Shown piece after piece: positions 10,082-20,590 of a stretch of DNA of 64,000 nucleotides. Position 1 is the first letter of the stretch; the number at the start of each line of letters is the position of its first letter. The DNA lies in contig CABYUJ010000006.1 of the NCBI GenBank assembly GCA_902522155.1, positions 6,051 to 70,050 of the forward strand. The letters are read 5' to 3'. A program made the position numbers and the translations under genes. The notes beneath the pieces were generated by a model. The model worked only from the letters and a program-made list of their open reading frames with translations, did no database searches and was not told the DNA's origin. This DNA comes from an uncultured Alphaproteobacteria bacterium (GTDB taxonomy: Bacteria > Pseudomonadota > Alphaproteobacteria > HIMB59).

Positions 10082-11246
10082 TTTATCAGATATCTCAAAT
10101 TTATTTAACTCAATCAAAAGAATTGATCAAGGAAGTAGCATAGATAATGTTTTAAATACCTATCCTAAATTAAAGAGAAATTTTCTTTTTTTTATAATTC
10201 AAGAATATTACAGAAACTACGAAAATTTAAATCAATTACTTTTAAAATATACAAATGATAAAACACCAAAAAAGGTTTTAACAATTTTAAAAATTAGTTT
10301 AGTGCTTATGTTTTTTTCAAATAAGCCGCATTATGCTATTGTGAATGATACAGTTGAAGCTAGTAAAGAATTTAAAAAAGATAGATTAGTGAATGCTGTA
10401 TTGAGAAGTGTATTAAGAGACAAAAATAATATACAACTTGGAAAATTTATTTATCCTAAATTTAAAAAAATAGTCGATAAAGTTTTTTCTAGTAATTCTA
10501 TAAGAGAATATATTTATCAGACCCTTTTTGAAAAACCAATAAACTATCAAGTAAGCCTTAAAGATCAAAAAGATGCTATATACGAAAAAAGAGTTTTTTT
10601 ATTGGAAAAAAAAATTAAGTCAAACTGTTATGTTCAAGACATAGGAAATTTTGAAGTTATCAGATCAACGATTTCTTTTTATAATGACAAAAATATATTA
10701 GATATTTGCGCTGCTCCTGGTGGAAAAAGTATATTGTTGCAATCTTTTGGTTTTACAGTATATGCAATTGATAAGTCACAAATTCAAATAAATAAATTTT
10801 ATGAGAATTTAAGACGATTGAAGTTAAACTTAAATATTAAGAAAATTGATTTTTTAAAAGAAAAATTTTTAGACAAATACAACTCAATACTTTTAGACGC
10901 CCCCTGTAGTGCACTCGGAACTTTCAAAAGGAACCCTGATGTAACAACAAAAGTCGATCAAGCTCAAATTAAGAAACATCAAAAAACCCAAATAGATATA
11001 CTTGAAAAATCATTGAAAATATTGAAAAAAAATGGGTTTTTGATATATGTAGTATGCTCATTTCATCCTTTTGAGACAATCGATGTTATTGATAAAATTT
11101 CACAAAAACATAACAATATTAAAATACACAATATTAACTCAGAAAAAATGATAAAAAGAAAAAATGGATATTTTATTAATCCATTAAAGTTTAAGAATAT
11201 TGGGGGCTCTGATGTTTTTTTCGTATCAGTTTTAGAAAAAATATAA
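10074..11246 (+). CDS. rsmB: RsmB/NOP-family RNA m5C methyltransferase (first canonical start 10302; frame open from 10062)
   Basis: [20 protein letters not shown] motifs; NusB-like [18 protein letters not shown]; rsmB-rpe-purH synteny. Confidence 0.8.
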   Translation: MSNLSDISNLFNSIKRIDQGSSIDNVLNTYPKLKRNFLFFIIQEYYRNYENLNQLLLKYTNDKTPKKVLTILKISLVLMFFSNKPHYAIVNDTVEASKEFKKDRLVNAVLRSVLRDKNNIQLGKFIYPKFKKIVDKVFSSNSIREYIYQTLFEKPINYQVSLKDQKDAIYEKRVFLLEKKIKSNCYVQDIGNFEVIRSTISFYNDKNILDICAAPGGKSILLQSFGFTVYAIDKSQIQINKFYENLRRLKLNLNIKKIDFLKEKFLDKYNSILLDAPCSALGTFKRNPDVTTKVDQAQIKKHQKTQIDILEKSLKILKKNGFLIYVVCSFHPFETIDVIDKISQKHNNIKIHNINSEKMIKRKNGYFINPLKFKNIGGSDVFFVSVLEKI

Positions 11247-11902
11247 TGACAATAATTATTTCCCCATCAATTTTAGGTGGTTCATTCTCTAATATGGAAA
11301 GGACTATTTCAGAAATTAACGAGTCTAAAGCTGAATACATTCACTTTGATGTTATGGATGGAGATTTTGTACCTAATTTAACATTTGGTCCCCAGTTCAT
11401 ATCTAATGTTAGATCATACTCTGACAAAGTATTTGATGTCCATCTCATGATAAATAGAGTTCAAAAATTTATAGATGATTATATCAAAGCTGGTTCAGAT
11501 ATTATTTCTTTTCATATAGAAATTGAGGACGATATAGGAAGTCTCATATCTAAAATAAAAAAAAACAATATAAAATGTGGAATTGCTATTAAACCTAAAA
11601 CCCCATGGGAGAAAATTGAACCTTACTTAGGTGATATTGATCAAGTTATTGTAATGACAGTAGAGCCCGGATTTGGAGGGCAAGTCTTTATGAATGAACA
11701 AATTAATAAAATTAAAAAAATATCTGAGTACATTAAATCTAAAAATTTGGATGTTAAAATAGAGATTGATGGTGGAATAAATTATGAGACTGGAAAAACC
11801 TGCTTAGAAGTTGGAGCAAACATCTTAGTTGCTGGCTCATTTTTATTTAAACAAGAAGATCTTATAAAAGCCACTAATTCTCTATTTGATGCATTGAGCT
11901 AA
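11246..11902 (+). CDS. rpe: Ribulose-phosphate 3-epimerase
   Basis: HFDVMDGDFVPNLTFG, MTVEPGFGGQ, IDGGIN. Confidence 0.96.
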   Translation: MTIIISPSILGGSFSNMERTISEINESKAEYIHFDVMDGDFVPNLTFGPQFISNVRSYSDKVFDVHLMINRVQKFIDDYIKAGSDIISFHIEIEDDIGSLISKIKKNNIKCGIAIKPKTPWEKIEPYLGDIDQVIVMTVEPGFGGQVFMNEQINKIKKISEYIKSKNLDVKIEIDGGINYETGKTCLEVGANILVAGSFLFKQEDLIKATNSLFDALS

Positions 11903-13365
11903 TGGGTAAAAATGTAATTATTTCTGTTTTTGATAAATCTAATTTAGATGTTATAGCAAAGTTTCTATTCAATAAAAAATTTACAATTTACTCAACAGGA
12001 GGCACTTCAAAATTTCTTAGAAAAATAAATATCCCACATATAGAAATTACCAGATATACAAAGCAAAAAGAAATACTGGGTGGACGTGTCAAAACCCTTC
12101 ATCCAAAAATTTTTGGAGGTCTCTTGGGGACAAATACTAAAAATCATAAAAAAGATTTGAAAGAGGGAAAGATTGTCGAATTTGATCTTTTGGTAGTAAA
12201 TTTGTATCCGTTTGAAGAGACTGTTAAAAATACAAAAACTAAGTCAAAAATCATAGAAATGATTGACATCGGTGGCCATAGTTTAATTAGAGCAGCTGTT
12301 AAAAACTATGAAAAAACAGTACCCCTTATTAACCCCAAAGATTATGATTATTTTATAAAAAATTTTCCTTTAAAACCCATATTAAAGAAGAAGTTTGCAA
12401 TAAAAGCAATTGATCATATTACAAAATACGATTTAGATATTTCAAATTGGTTCAAAGGTAAATCATCAACTATATATCCGTTGAGATATGGCGAGAATCC
12501 TCAACAAAAAGCATCTGCTATAATTGATAACAAAAAATTTTCTCAAATTAGTGGTGATAAAAAACTTAGCTACAATAATCTTCTAGATATAGATGCAGGT
12601 GTACAACTAACATATGGGTTTAAAACAAAAAATAATATTTGCACGATAATAAAACATGGCACACCCTGCGGTGCGTCATTAAAAAAAAATCAAGCCCAAA
12701 GTTACCTCAAAGCGCTTGCAGGTGATCCTCTAAGTTCTTTTGGTGGGGTCATCGCTTTTAATCAAATATTAAAAGAACAAACTGCTAAACTATTGATTAA
12801 AAATTTCTACGAAGTAGTAACTGCGCCCGAATTTGAAAAAGGAGCGCTTAAATTGCTCAGAGAGAAGAAAAATTTAAGGGTTATTAAGGTGAAAAAAGGT
12901 TTAAAAAATATCGAGAAAAAATCTTTTTTTGGAGGGACGTTGATACAGGATGTAAATACTAAAAAATCTTCTGTAGAAACTATAAATGGAAAAAATAAAT
13001 TAGATAAAGAAAAATTAGGTTTTTTTGTAAATGTCTTAAAAAATATAAAATCTAATGCTATTGCTTTGTTTGACCAAGATAGCCTAGTATCCCAGTCAGG
13101 AGGTCAAACGTCCAGGGTTGATGCATTAGAGATCTGTCTCAGAAAGTTTAAATATAAAAATAACGCAAACAAAAATAAAAACCTATTTTTATTTTCAGAT
13201 GCATTTTTTCCATTCACAGACTCACTATCAATAATTAAAATGCAAAGAATTAAAATTGATATTTATGCACCAATGGGATCCAAGAACGACTCAAATATTG
13301 TTAATTATGTAAAGAAGCATAAATTAAAATTTTTTAAGTTGAGTGACCGTCATTTTAAACATTGA
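11902..13365 (+). CDS. purH: AICAR transformylase/IMP cyclohydrolase
   Basis: GGRVKTLHP, IDIGG, LRYGENPQQ, SDAFFPF, RHFKH. Confidence 0.96.
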   Translation: MGKNVIISVFDKSNLDVIAKFLFNKKFTIYSTGGTSKFLRKINIPHIEITRYTKQKEILGGRVKTLHPKIFGGLLGTNTKNHKKDLKEGKIVEFDLLVVNLYPFEETVKNTKTKSKIIEMIDIGGHSLIRAAVKNYEKTVPLINPKDYDYFIKNFPLKPILKKKFAIKAIDHITKYDLDISNWFKGKSSTIYPLRYGENPQQKASAIIDNKKFSQISGDKKLSYNNLLDIDAGVQLTYGFKTKNNICTIIKHGTPCGASLKKNQAQSYLKALAGDPLSSFGGVIAFNQILKEQTAKLLIKNFYEVVTAPEFEKGALKLLREKKNLRVIKVKKGLKNIEKKSFFGGTLIQDVNTKKSSVETINGKNKLDKEKLGFFVNVLKNIKSNAIALFDQDSLVSQSGGQTSRVDALEICLRKFKYKNNANKNKNLFLFSDAFFPFTDSLSIIKMQRIKIDIYAPMGSKNDSNIVNYVKKHKLKFFKLSDRHFKH

Positions 13366-13670
13366 TAGATATATTCCAAAATAAACCTCCCAAAAGAGAT
13401 TATAAACAACTTAAAAGATATCAAAATAAGACGTTTATAAAGAAATATAGTTTAAATATTGTTTATGATTTTTTTAAAGAATATCCTGAAGAAAAAAGAG
13501 GTAGAAAAAATTTTAAAAATAAAGACATTCAAAATGTAAAGGCCTTGATATATGAGGAGATTTTTCAAAAAGCTATCGCGATAAAAGCAGACTGTATTGG
13601 TTCAATAAAAGAAAATGTATCAAAAGAAAAAATTATGATTACAGTGTCCTTTTTTAGAAAAAATGAATGA
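13362..13670 (+). CDS. Hypothetical protein
   Basis: 102-aa ORF overlapping both neighbours in operon fashion. Confidence 0.6.
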   Translation: MIDIFQNKPPKRDYKQLKRYQNKTFIKKYSLNIVYDFFKEYPEEKRGRKNFKNKDIQNVKALIYEEIFQKAIAIKADCIGSIKENVSKEKIMITVSFFRKNE

Positions 13671-14217
13671 TAATAGAATTTTATTTGTTGATCTAGATGG
13701 AACTTTAATAAAAGAAGACTTATCAAATTTAGCATTTGTTGATTTTTTAAAGAAAAAACCTGTTTTGCTTTTCTTTTATTTGTTCATTTTTTTGTTCAAA
13801 GGGAAATCTTTTCTTAAAGAAAAAATATCGATAGGTTTTGAGGTGCCAATAAAGAAATTGAAATTTAACCAGGCATGTCTTGAATATATAAAACAAGTTA
13901 AGAATCATCATAGAGTGGTATATCTAATATCTGGAAGTCATCAGTTACTGGTAGATCAAATAGATCAACATTTAAAAATTTTCTTTGAGTCATTTGGTAC
14001 AAAAAAAAACTTTAATATGGTTGGTATAAATAAAGTTAAGTTTATAAATGATGAATTAAAAATTTTCAGCTTTGACTATTTAGGAAATAGTAATAAAGAT
14101 TTGCCAATTTGGGAACATACCAAGAGGATTATTTATACAAATGTATCAAACGATTTAAAAAAAATTATAGATATGTCAGAATTAGATAAATTCGAAGTAA
14201 AAGAAAAATTTAATTAA
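13663..14217 (+). CDS. HAD-like hydrolase (resembles the N-terminal domain of HAD-UbiA fusions)
   Basis: FVDLDGTLIKEDL, LISGS, FDYLGNSNKDLPIW. Confidence 0.75.
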   Translation: MNDNRILFVDLDGTLIKEDLSNLAFVDFLKKKPVLLFFYLFIFLFKGKSFLKEKISIGFEVPIKKLKFNQACLEYIKQVKNHHRVVYLISGSHQLLVDQIDQHLKIFFESFGTKKNFNMVGINKVKFINDELKIFSFDYLGNSNKDLPIWEHTKRIIYTNVSNDLKKIIDMSELDKFEVKEKFN

Positions 14218-14219
14218 TT

Positions 14220-14834
14220 ATGACAATTTTATTATTTTCTCAAATTTTTATAGTTTGTTTATTAGGAGCAATGTCCCCTGGCCCAAGCATGGTTGTGGTG
14301 ATAAATAATGCGATTTTCAAAAGTAAGTTCAGTGGCGTATTAACTGCAATTGGCCATGGTATTGGAATTAGTATCTACGCTCTTTGTGCAGTTATTGGTA
14401 TTGGTTTAATTTTACAAACTAATATATTTGTTTTTAATTTACTGAAATTATTATCAATATTCTTCTTACTATATTTGGGAATTCAAACAATCAGGAGTAG
14501 AAATAAAATCGAATTTGGTGGAAATCAGAATTTGAGCGTTACAAAATCGTTTTCCCAAGGTTTGTTAATATCAATATTAAATCCAAAAATTTTTATTTGG
14601 TTTTTAGCAATTTACTCACAATTTATGTCTTATGATAACGATATGTTTTTGAATGTAGCATTAGTATTGATTGCAGGAGTTGTTGACGCCTTATGGTACA
14701 TACTTTTAGTGAACTTGGTTACCTCAAATATTATTCTAGATCAAATTAAAAAAAAATCAGGAAACATACAAATAATTGTTGGTTATTTGTTAATTTTAAT
14801 ATCCGCGTTCCTACTATTGGAAATTTTAATTTAA
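14220..14834 (+). CDS. LysE/RhtB family exporter
   Basis: GAMSPGPS, ILNPK. Confidence 0.9.
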   Translation: MTILLFSQIFIVCLLGAMSPGPSMVVVINNAIFKSKFSGVLTAIGHGIGISIYALCAVIGIGLILQTNIFVFNLLKLLSIFFLLYLGIQTIRSRNKIEFGGNQNLSVTKSFSQGLLISILNPKIFIWFLAIYSQFMSYDNDMFLNVALVLIAGVVDALWYILLVNLVTSNIILDQIKKKSGNIQIIVGYLLILISAFLLLEILI

Positions 14835-14838
14835 CATA

Positions 14839-16497
14839 ATGAGTGAGCAAGAAATATTAAATTTATTAAAAAACAATAAATTTATTAAAGCAAAAGAATT
14901 AATAGAAAGTCTTTTAAAGTCAGAAAGTGAAAATTTAACTTATAAATTTTATTATGGTCTTATTTTAGCCAATGATAGAAGATATAAAGAGGCAATACCT
15001 TTTTTTGAAAAGGTTTTATTAGCTGACCGAAACCATTATGACTCAAATTTTAATTTAGCTGGATGTTATCAGGGTCTTTTAATTTTTGATAAAGCTATAG
15101 AATATTATAAAAATTGTTCAAAAATCGACTTAAATAAATTTGAACCATATCATCAGATAGGAGTCTGTTATAGGCAAATGAGGGAGTATGAGGACTCGAT
15201 AACATATTTAAATAAGGCTCTTAAGATTTCTGTTAATGCAAAAACTCTTTATGTTTTAGGTAATGTACACAGAGAAAATGGCCAATTTGAAGAGGCAAGA
15301 AAATCTTTTGAAAAATCTTTAAGCGTAAATAAGGAGTTTACCCAATCGAAACTATCTATTGCAAATTTAGAAATAGACAATGGTAACTATGATAAAGCAT
15401 CAAAAATGTTGGATGAAATAATACAGTCTGAAAATAGTGATCAAATTTTGATATCTGCAAAAATTATGGTTGGACATATTTTAAAAGCAAAAGGGGAATA
15501 TGAGAAAGCAATAAAAATTAATCAAGATATTTTGGACAAAGACTCAAAAAACATAGATGCGTCTTATAATATTTCACTATGTTACCTTTTTACAAAGGAG
15601 TATGAAAAGGCATGGTATTTTCATGAATCAAGATATAATTTACAGAATTTAGTTTTATTGAAACAGATTTATGAGAGCTTTAATAAACCTAAATGGGATT
15701 TAAGTAGACCAAAAAAAAATGTTCTTTTTTATGGTGAACAAGGTATTGGTGAGCAGATAATATACTCTCAGTTTTTTGAAACAATAAGAAATCAATTTTA
15801 TAACTCAACTATTGCTGTGAATGAGAAATTAATACCCTTTTTCAAGGAGATCTACCCAGACACAAAAATTATAAATTATAAAAAGATTTTTGAATATACT
15901 GATTATGATTATCATTTACCTATGGGGTCAATGGGATTATATTTTCAAAAAAACATCAATCAAAATAACCTTCAAAGAAAAATAACATATTCCTCGAACT
16001 CAAAGATCCCTAATAAAACTAAGAAATTTCGATGTGGAATATCTTGGAAAAGTACTAATAGAATTTTTGGAAACAAGAAGTCAATTAAGCTAGAAAGTCT
16101 TAAAAGCATTTTATTACATAAAGATATTGAATTTATAAATCTTCAATATTCTGACGAAACAGAAGAAATAAATTTAACAGAAAAAAAACTAAATAAAAAA
16201 ATCTTTACACAACACGAAATAGATTGTTTCAATGATATCGACGGAGTTGCAAGCTTAATTCAGTCTTGTGATTTTGTTATTACAGTTAGCAATTCAAATG
16301 CCCACATATCAGGAAAGTTAGGTATTAAAACTTTTTTACTACTACCATTTAACGACGGTAAGCTATGGTATTGGGGATTAAATAAGGATAAAAATGTTGT
16401 TTGGTACCCATCTATATTGCCAATAAGACAAGAAACCATTAATAACTGGGACAGTTGTTTGACAAAATTATACAAAGAGTTTGAAAATTACTTGTAA
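14839..16497 (+). CDS. TPR-repeat protein with C-terminal GT-B (GT9-like) domain
   Basis: TPRs then GEQGIGEQI, GISW, NLQY, DFVITVSNSNAHISGKLG, WYW, WYPS. Confidence 0.8.
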   Translation: MSEQEILNLLKNNKFIKAKELIESLLKSESENLTYKFYYGLILANDRRYKEAIPFFEKVLLADRNHYDSNFNLAGCYQGLLIFDKAIEYYKNCSKIDLNKFEPYHQIGVCYRQMREYEDSITYLNKALKISVNAKTLYVLGNVHRENGQFEEARKSFEKSLSVNKEFTQSKLSIANLEIDNGNYDKASKMLDEIIQSENSDQILISAKIMVGHILKAKGEYEKAIKINQDILDKDSKNIDASYNISLCYLFTKEYEKAWYFHESRYNLQNLVLLKQIYESFNKPKWDLSRPKKNVLFYGEQGIGEQIIYSQFFETIRNQFYNSTIAVNEKLIPFFKEIYPDTKIINYKKIFEYTDYDYHLPMGSMGLYFQKNINQNNLQRKITYSSNSKIPNKTKKFRCGISWKSTNRIFGNKKSIKLESLKSILLHKDIEFINLQYSDETEEINLTEKKLNKKIFTQHEIDCFNDIDGVASLIQSCDFVITVSNSNAHISGKLGIKTFLLLPFNDGKLWYWGLNKDKNVVWYPSILPIRQETINNWDSCLTKLYKEFENYL

Positions 16498-16525
16498 ATA
16501 GACTTAACATCACTAGGTTTGAATT

Positions 16526-17212
16526 ATGGATATTTATATAGGTTATGACAGTAGAGAAGATTTAGCCTATCAAGTCTGTAGTCACAGTATTAAATCAAAA
16601 TCGAATACTGCAAATATACTTCCTTTAAAGCTTAATGACTTAAAAGAAAAAGGATATTACACACGTGGAGAGGATAAACTTGGTTCAACAGAATTTACGT
16701 TTTCCAGATTTCTTGTTCCTATACTCAATGATTATAAAGATTGGGCCTTATTTTGTGATTGTGATTTACTATTTTTAAATCCAATTGAAGAGTTATTTTC
16801 TTTAGTTGATGATAAATATGCTGTTATGTGTGTAAAACATGATTACAACCCAAAGGGAAATACAAAAATGGATGGTAGACTACAGTCAATTTATCCCAGA
16901 AAAAATTGGAGTTCAGTTGTTTTGTGGAATTGTAAACATCCATCGAATAGAAAGATTACAACGAAATTAATTAATGACCCTAGTACAACAGGAAAATACC
17001 TTCACCGTTTTAGTTGGTTAGAGGATAGTGAAATTGGTGAAATCAGTCACGAATGGAATTGGTTGGTAGGTTGGTATGAAGAACCAAAAGATGGAGCACC
17101 AAAAGCTATTCATTATACTGAAGGAGGGCCTTGGTTTCCTGAATATCGTTTTTGTGATTATCATGATATTTGGAAAAAAAAACTTATAGAAATGATGGAT
17201 GCCTCTGTTTAA
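16526..17212 (+). CDS. GT-A nucleotide-diphospho-sugar transferase (GT8/CDI-like)
   Basis: IGYDSRE, STEFTFSRFLVP, FCDCD (DxD), YPRKNWSS, HYTEGGPW. Confidence 0.85.
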   Translation: MDIYIGYDSREDLAYQVCSHSIKSKSNTANILPLKLNDLKEKGYYTRGEDKLGSTEFTFSRFLVPILNDYKDWALFCDCDLLFLNPIEELFSLVDDKYAVMCVKHDYNPKGNTKMDGRLQSIYPRKNWSSVVLWNCKHPSNRKITTKLINDPSTTGKYLHRFSWLEDSEIGEISHEWNWLVGWYEEPKDGAPKAIHYTEGGPWFPEYRFCDYHDIWKKKLIEMMDASV

Positions 17213-17736
17213 CTATCAATTGATTTGCATAAAACAATAAATCCACTTTTTGTGTTTTTTAAAAATTCAATATTAAATAATTTACAAAGTTTTAATAACC
17301 ACCACCTTGATGGTTTTTGAATTATATGAGCGTTTCTTCCATCGCTTAAAACTTTTTTTGCCGGAATAGTAGCAATTGAAAAATAACAAAATTTTAAAGT
17401 AATCTCACATATTTCATTTAAAATATCATCCAGGTATTCTTCTTCTATATGTTCCATCACGTCTATACAGCAAACTAATTCTGCTTTTTTTGGTAAACCG
17501 TACTCTGGAAAAACAGGATCAAAAGGGAAGTATTCAAACTCAGTGAAGCCTAACTCAATAAGACCTTTTTGAAGGTTTTTCTTACCTGCACCATAATCAC
17601 AAAGAGATTTAAATTTAGCTTCAACCATTAAATTTTTAATAGACTGGGCATGGCTTAAAGATGCTGTTCCATAATTTATATTTTCATGAAGCTTCTTTTG
17701 TTCCTCTAAATATTTATCAGAAATTTTTTTTATCAT
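17209..17736 (-). CDS. Class I SAM-dependent methyltransferase
   Basis: DYGAGK, CIDVMEHI, DGRNAH. Confidence 0.8.
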   Translation of the reverse strand: MIKKISDKYLEEQKKLHENINYGTASLSHAQSIKNLMVEAKFKSLCDYGAGKKNLQKGLIELGFTEFEYFPFDPVFPEYGLPKKAELVCCIDVMEHIEEEYLDDILNEICEITLKFCYFSIATIPAKKVLSDGRNAHIIQKPSRWWLLKLCKLFNIEFLKNTKSGFIVLCKSIDS

Positions 17737-17744
17737 ACAGTTTA

Positions 17745-17819
17745 TGGAGCGGGCGAAGGGATTCGAACCCTCGACTTCAACCTTGGCAAGGTTGCGCTCT
17801 ACCCCTGAGCTACGCCCGC
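17745..17819 (-). tRNA. tRNA-Gly (GCC)
   Basis: GCGGGCGTAGCTCAGGGGTAGAGCGCAACCTTGCCAAGGTTGAAGTCGAGGGTTCGAATCCCTTCGCCCGCTCCA; cloverleaf with encoded CCA. Confidence 0.98.
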
Positions 17820-17930
17820 AGACAAAAAGAGTGTATTTTATAAACTTCCTTTTTCAAGCTATCAAGGTAAATAAACCTCTAATACAATAATGTTTCTTGT
17901 AAATGTACCTTTTGTTATTATCTAAGTAGT

Positions 17931-18800
17931 ATGGGTTTTGTAATTGATATAAATCAAGATCAGTTTTTAGAGGAAGTAGTTGAAAAATCTAAGACCACGC
18001 CAGTTATTGTTGATTTTTGGGCACCTTGGTGTGGGCCATGTAAACAACTAACACCTGCATTGGAAGCAGTAGTAAACAAAAAAAAAGGTAAAATAATTCT
18101 CGCTAAAATTAATGTCGACGAAAATCAGGGTATTGCCTCTCAGCTAAATATACAGTCTATTCCAACAGTTTACGGGTTTGTTGATGGTAAACCAATAGAT
18201 GCCTTTCAGGGCGCACAACCAGAAAGCAAAATAGAAGTTATGGTTGATAAGATGATAGATGCAACACCTGGGAATGAGATACCAAAACTTATAAAAGAAG
18301 CAGATCAACTATTTATTGATCAGGATTTTGAAGGCTCTTTAAAAATTTTTGAGAACCTTGTAGGAATGGATCCGGGTAATCCAAAAATTATATCTGGTTT
18401 ATTAAGATGTATGCTTCAACTTAAACGTTTTGATGATGCAAATGAAATGTTTGACTCACTTGATGAAGAAATAATTAAAGATGAAGAGATATCAAAAATA
18501 AAAAGGCTTTTAGATAATACCAATAAAGGTGAATCAGAGGTATTTGATAAAAAATTAATTGATGACGTTAAGGCAGATCCTGAAAATATGGAATTGCGTT
18601 TCAAACTTGCAAATAGTTACCTTTCATCAAATGAAACTGAAAAGGGTTTTGATGAGCTTTTATTAATATTTGAAAAAAACCCTACTTGGAATGAAGAAGC
18701 AGCAAAGAAAAAGCTTCTAGAGTTTTTTGACATGTTAGGTTTTAATGATCCAAATGTAATAGAAGCTCGAAAAAAATTATCAAGAATGATGTTTAAATAA
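17931..18800 (+). CDS. cnoX: Thioredoxin-TPR co-chaperone CnoX/YbbN
   Basis: WAPWCGPC followed by TPR-like C-terminus. Confidence 0.9.
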   Translation: MGFVIDINQDQFLEEVVEKSKTTPVIVDFWAPWCGPCKQLTPALEAVVNKKKGKIILAKINVDENQGIASQLNIQSIPTVYGFVDGKPIDAFQGAQPESKIEVMVDKMIDATPGNEIPKLIKEADQLFIDQDFEGSLKIFENLVGMDPGNPKIISGLLRCMLQLKRFDDANEMFDSLDEEIIKDEEISKIKRLLDNTNKGESEVFDKKLIDDVKADPENMELRFKLANSYLSSNETEKGFDELLLIFEKNPTWNEEAAKKKLLEFFDMLGFNDPNVIEARKKLSRMMFK

Positions 18801-19459
18801 TGGAAGATAGTATAAAAAAACTTTTTGAAGTTGACTCAAAAAAAATCCCGAACTCAATTCCAATTTTCCCACTTGATAATGTTTTACTTTTGCCTTTTGG
18901 AAAATTACCCCTAAATATATTTGAGGAGAGGTATATCAAAATGACCTTAAACAGTCTTAAAAGTCATAGAATGATAGGTGTTATACAACCAAAAAATAAT
19001 AATAATGAGTTATTTCAAATGGGGTGTATTGGGAAGATTACCTCCTATATCGAAACACCTGACTATAGACTTGTTTTAAATCTTGAGGGTATTTGTAGGT
19101 TTGTTCTTCATGAAAGAAATCTTACTCCACATGGTTATTATGAAGCGACAATAGACTGCCAAGACTATTTATCTGACTTAAATAATATGGAGCCAAATAT
19201 TGACAGAAAAGAGTTGATACAAAAGTATACTAATTTTTTTAAGATGAAAAAGTTGGACATTGACAAAGATGTATTGGCTGAAACTTCTAACTTACAACTT
19301 TTGTCAACATTAGCAATGTTAGCTCCCTTTAACAAAATAGATAAGCAGGCAATACTTGAGTCACCAAATATTTCAACAAGGATTAATACAATTAACTCTA
19401 TTCTTGATTTAAATACATTCCAAATTGTCAGCAATAAAAATCCTAATCAGTTAAATTAA
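18800..19459 (+). CDS. LON peptidase substrate-binding domain protein
   Basis: IPIFPL..LPLNIFEERY, GCIGKI, KQAILE. Confidence 0.9.
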   Translation: MEDSIKKLFEVDSKKIPNSIPIFPLDNVLLLPFGKLPLNIFEERYIKMTLNSLKSHRMIGVIQPKNNNNELFQMGCIGKITSYIETPDYRLVLNLEGICRFVLHERNLTPHGYYEATIDCQDYLSDLNNMEPNIDRKELIQKYTNFFKMKKLDIDKDVLAETSNLQLLSTLAMLAPFNKIDKQAILESPNISTRINTINSILDLNTFQIVSNKNPNQLN

Positions 19460-20567
19460 ATCTGCCCATAGCTTGTTTTATAAAAATATCTCTTAAAAAT
19501 TTAAAGTTCTTTAAAGTATTATAACCTAATTTAATAATATTCTTATTTAGAGAAATTTGATTTTCATATAAAAAATTTAATATTGAAGTAAAGCTCAAAT
19601 AAATTGAAGATTCAATCATTCTTCTAGAATAAAAAATTGAATTGAATTTTTTATCTTCAATAGAATATTGGTCAAGTAATTTGCACAATGTTTGAATATC
19701 TTTAACACCAAGATTCCAGCCTTGACCTGCAACTGGATGTATCGATTTTAGACTATCACCAACATAAATATATTTTTGATTTTTTCCAATAAGATGAGGT
19801 GTAATTGGAAATTTAGAAATTAGTCTGTTAATGGTTAACTTACCGTGTGAGTCTGCTATTTTTTTGTTAATTAGCTTTTGTAATTGTATCGAATTAATTT
19901 TTTCTTTTGACGAATAAATGAAAGTTGATTTTTTTTTGTTATCAGCAGGTGCTGGCAAAACAGCTAAAGGGCCATCTTGTGTAAAAAACTCATAAGCAGT
20001 ATTTTTATGATCATTTACATGTCTGACAAATCCAACATATGAGTAATGTTGTTGATCAAATTTAAGGCCTTTATATTTCTTATTGAAGATAATATTTTTT
20101 CCTATGCTAATTATTATTTTTTTGAATAAATATTTTTCTTTTTCTATGTAAACAATTCTATCAGGCAAGACATCATCTATTTCATAATTAATGACATTTT
20201 TTAAAATACCTAAATTAATTAGCTTTTTTCTTGCTATCTCATACATATCTTTATTAAAAATTACGTTGCCCATTGATTCCTGTTGGTTTGAAAAAATCAG
20301 TGGCTGTTTGTTTATGTCGTCCTTAATAACTATTTTATCAATTGGCTGCGGATTAAATTTGAGAGTATTCCAAACTCCTAATTTTTTCAAAAAATCAATA
20401 GAATTTGCGTTCACAGCTAATGTCCTATTGTCCTTAGAAATATTATTTTTTTTATCTATTACTAAAACTTTATATTTTTTTTGAATTAAAGCCAGGGCGG
20501 TAATGGCACCAATAAGACCAGCACCAACTATTAGAAAATCATATTTATGTATTTTATTTTTCATCAA
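19443..20567 (-). CDS. UbiH/COQ6-family FAD monooxygenase
   Basis: IVGAGLIG, GPLAVLP, GDS...IHPVAGQGWNLG. Confidence 0.88.
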   Translation of the reverse strand: MMKNKIHKYDFLIVGAGLIGAITALALIQKKYKVLVIDKKNNISKDNRTLAVNANSIDFLKKLGVWNTLKFNPQPIDKIVIKDDINKQPLIFSNQQESMGNVIFNKDMYEIARKKLINLGILKNVINYEIDDVLPDRIVYIEKEKYLFKKIIISIGKNIIFNKKYKGLKFDQQHYSYVGFVRHVNDHKNTAYEFFTQDGPLAVLPAPADNKKKSTFIYSSKEKINSIQLQKLINKKIADSHGKLTINRLISKFPITPHLIGKNQKYIYVGDSLKSIHPVAGQGWNLGVKDIQTLCKLLDQYSIEDKKFNSIFYSRRMIESSIYLSFTSILNFLYENQISLNKNIIKLGYNTLKNFKFLRDIFIKQAMGRFNLTD

Positions 20568-20590
20568 TACTCTTATATTGAATTAAGAAT

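Noticed and set aside
14839-17745. tRNA-Gly as the att site of an integrated element
   Set aside because: No duplicated tRNA 3' end or integrase was seen
17661-17843. 60-aa ORF containing WSGRRDSNPR
   Set aside because: Antisense translation of tRNA-Gly
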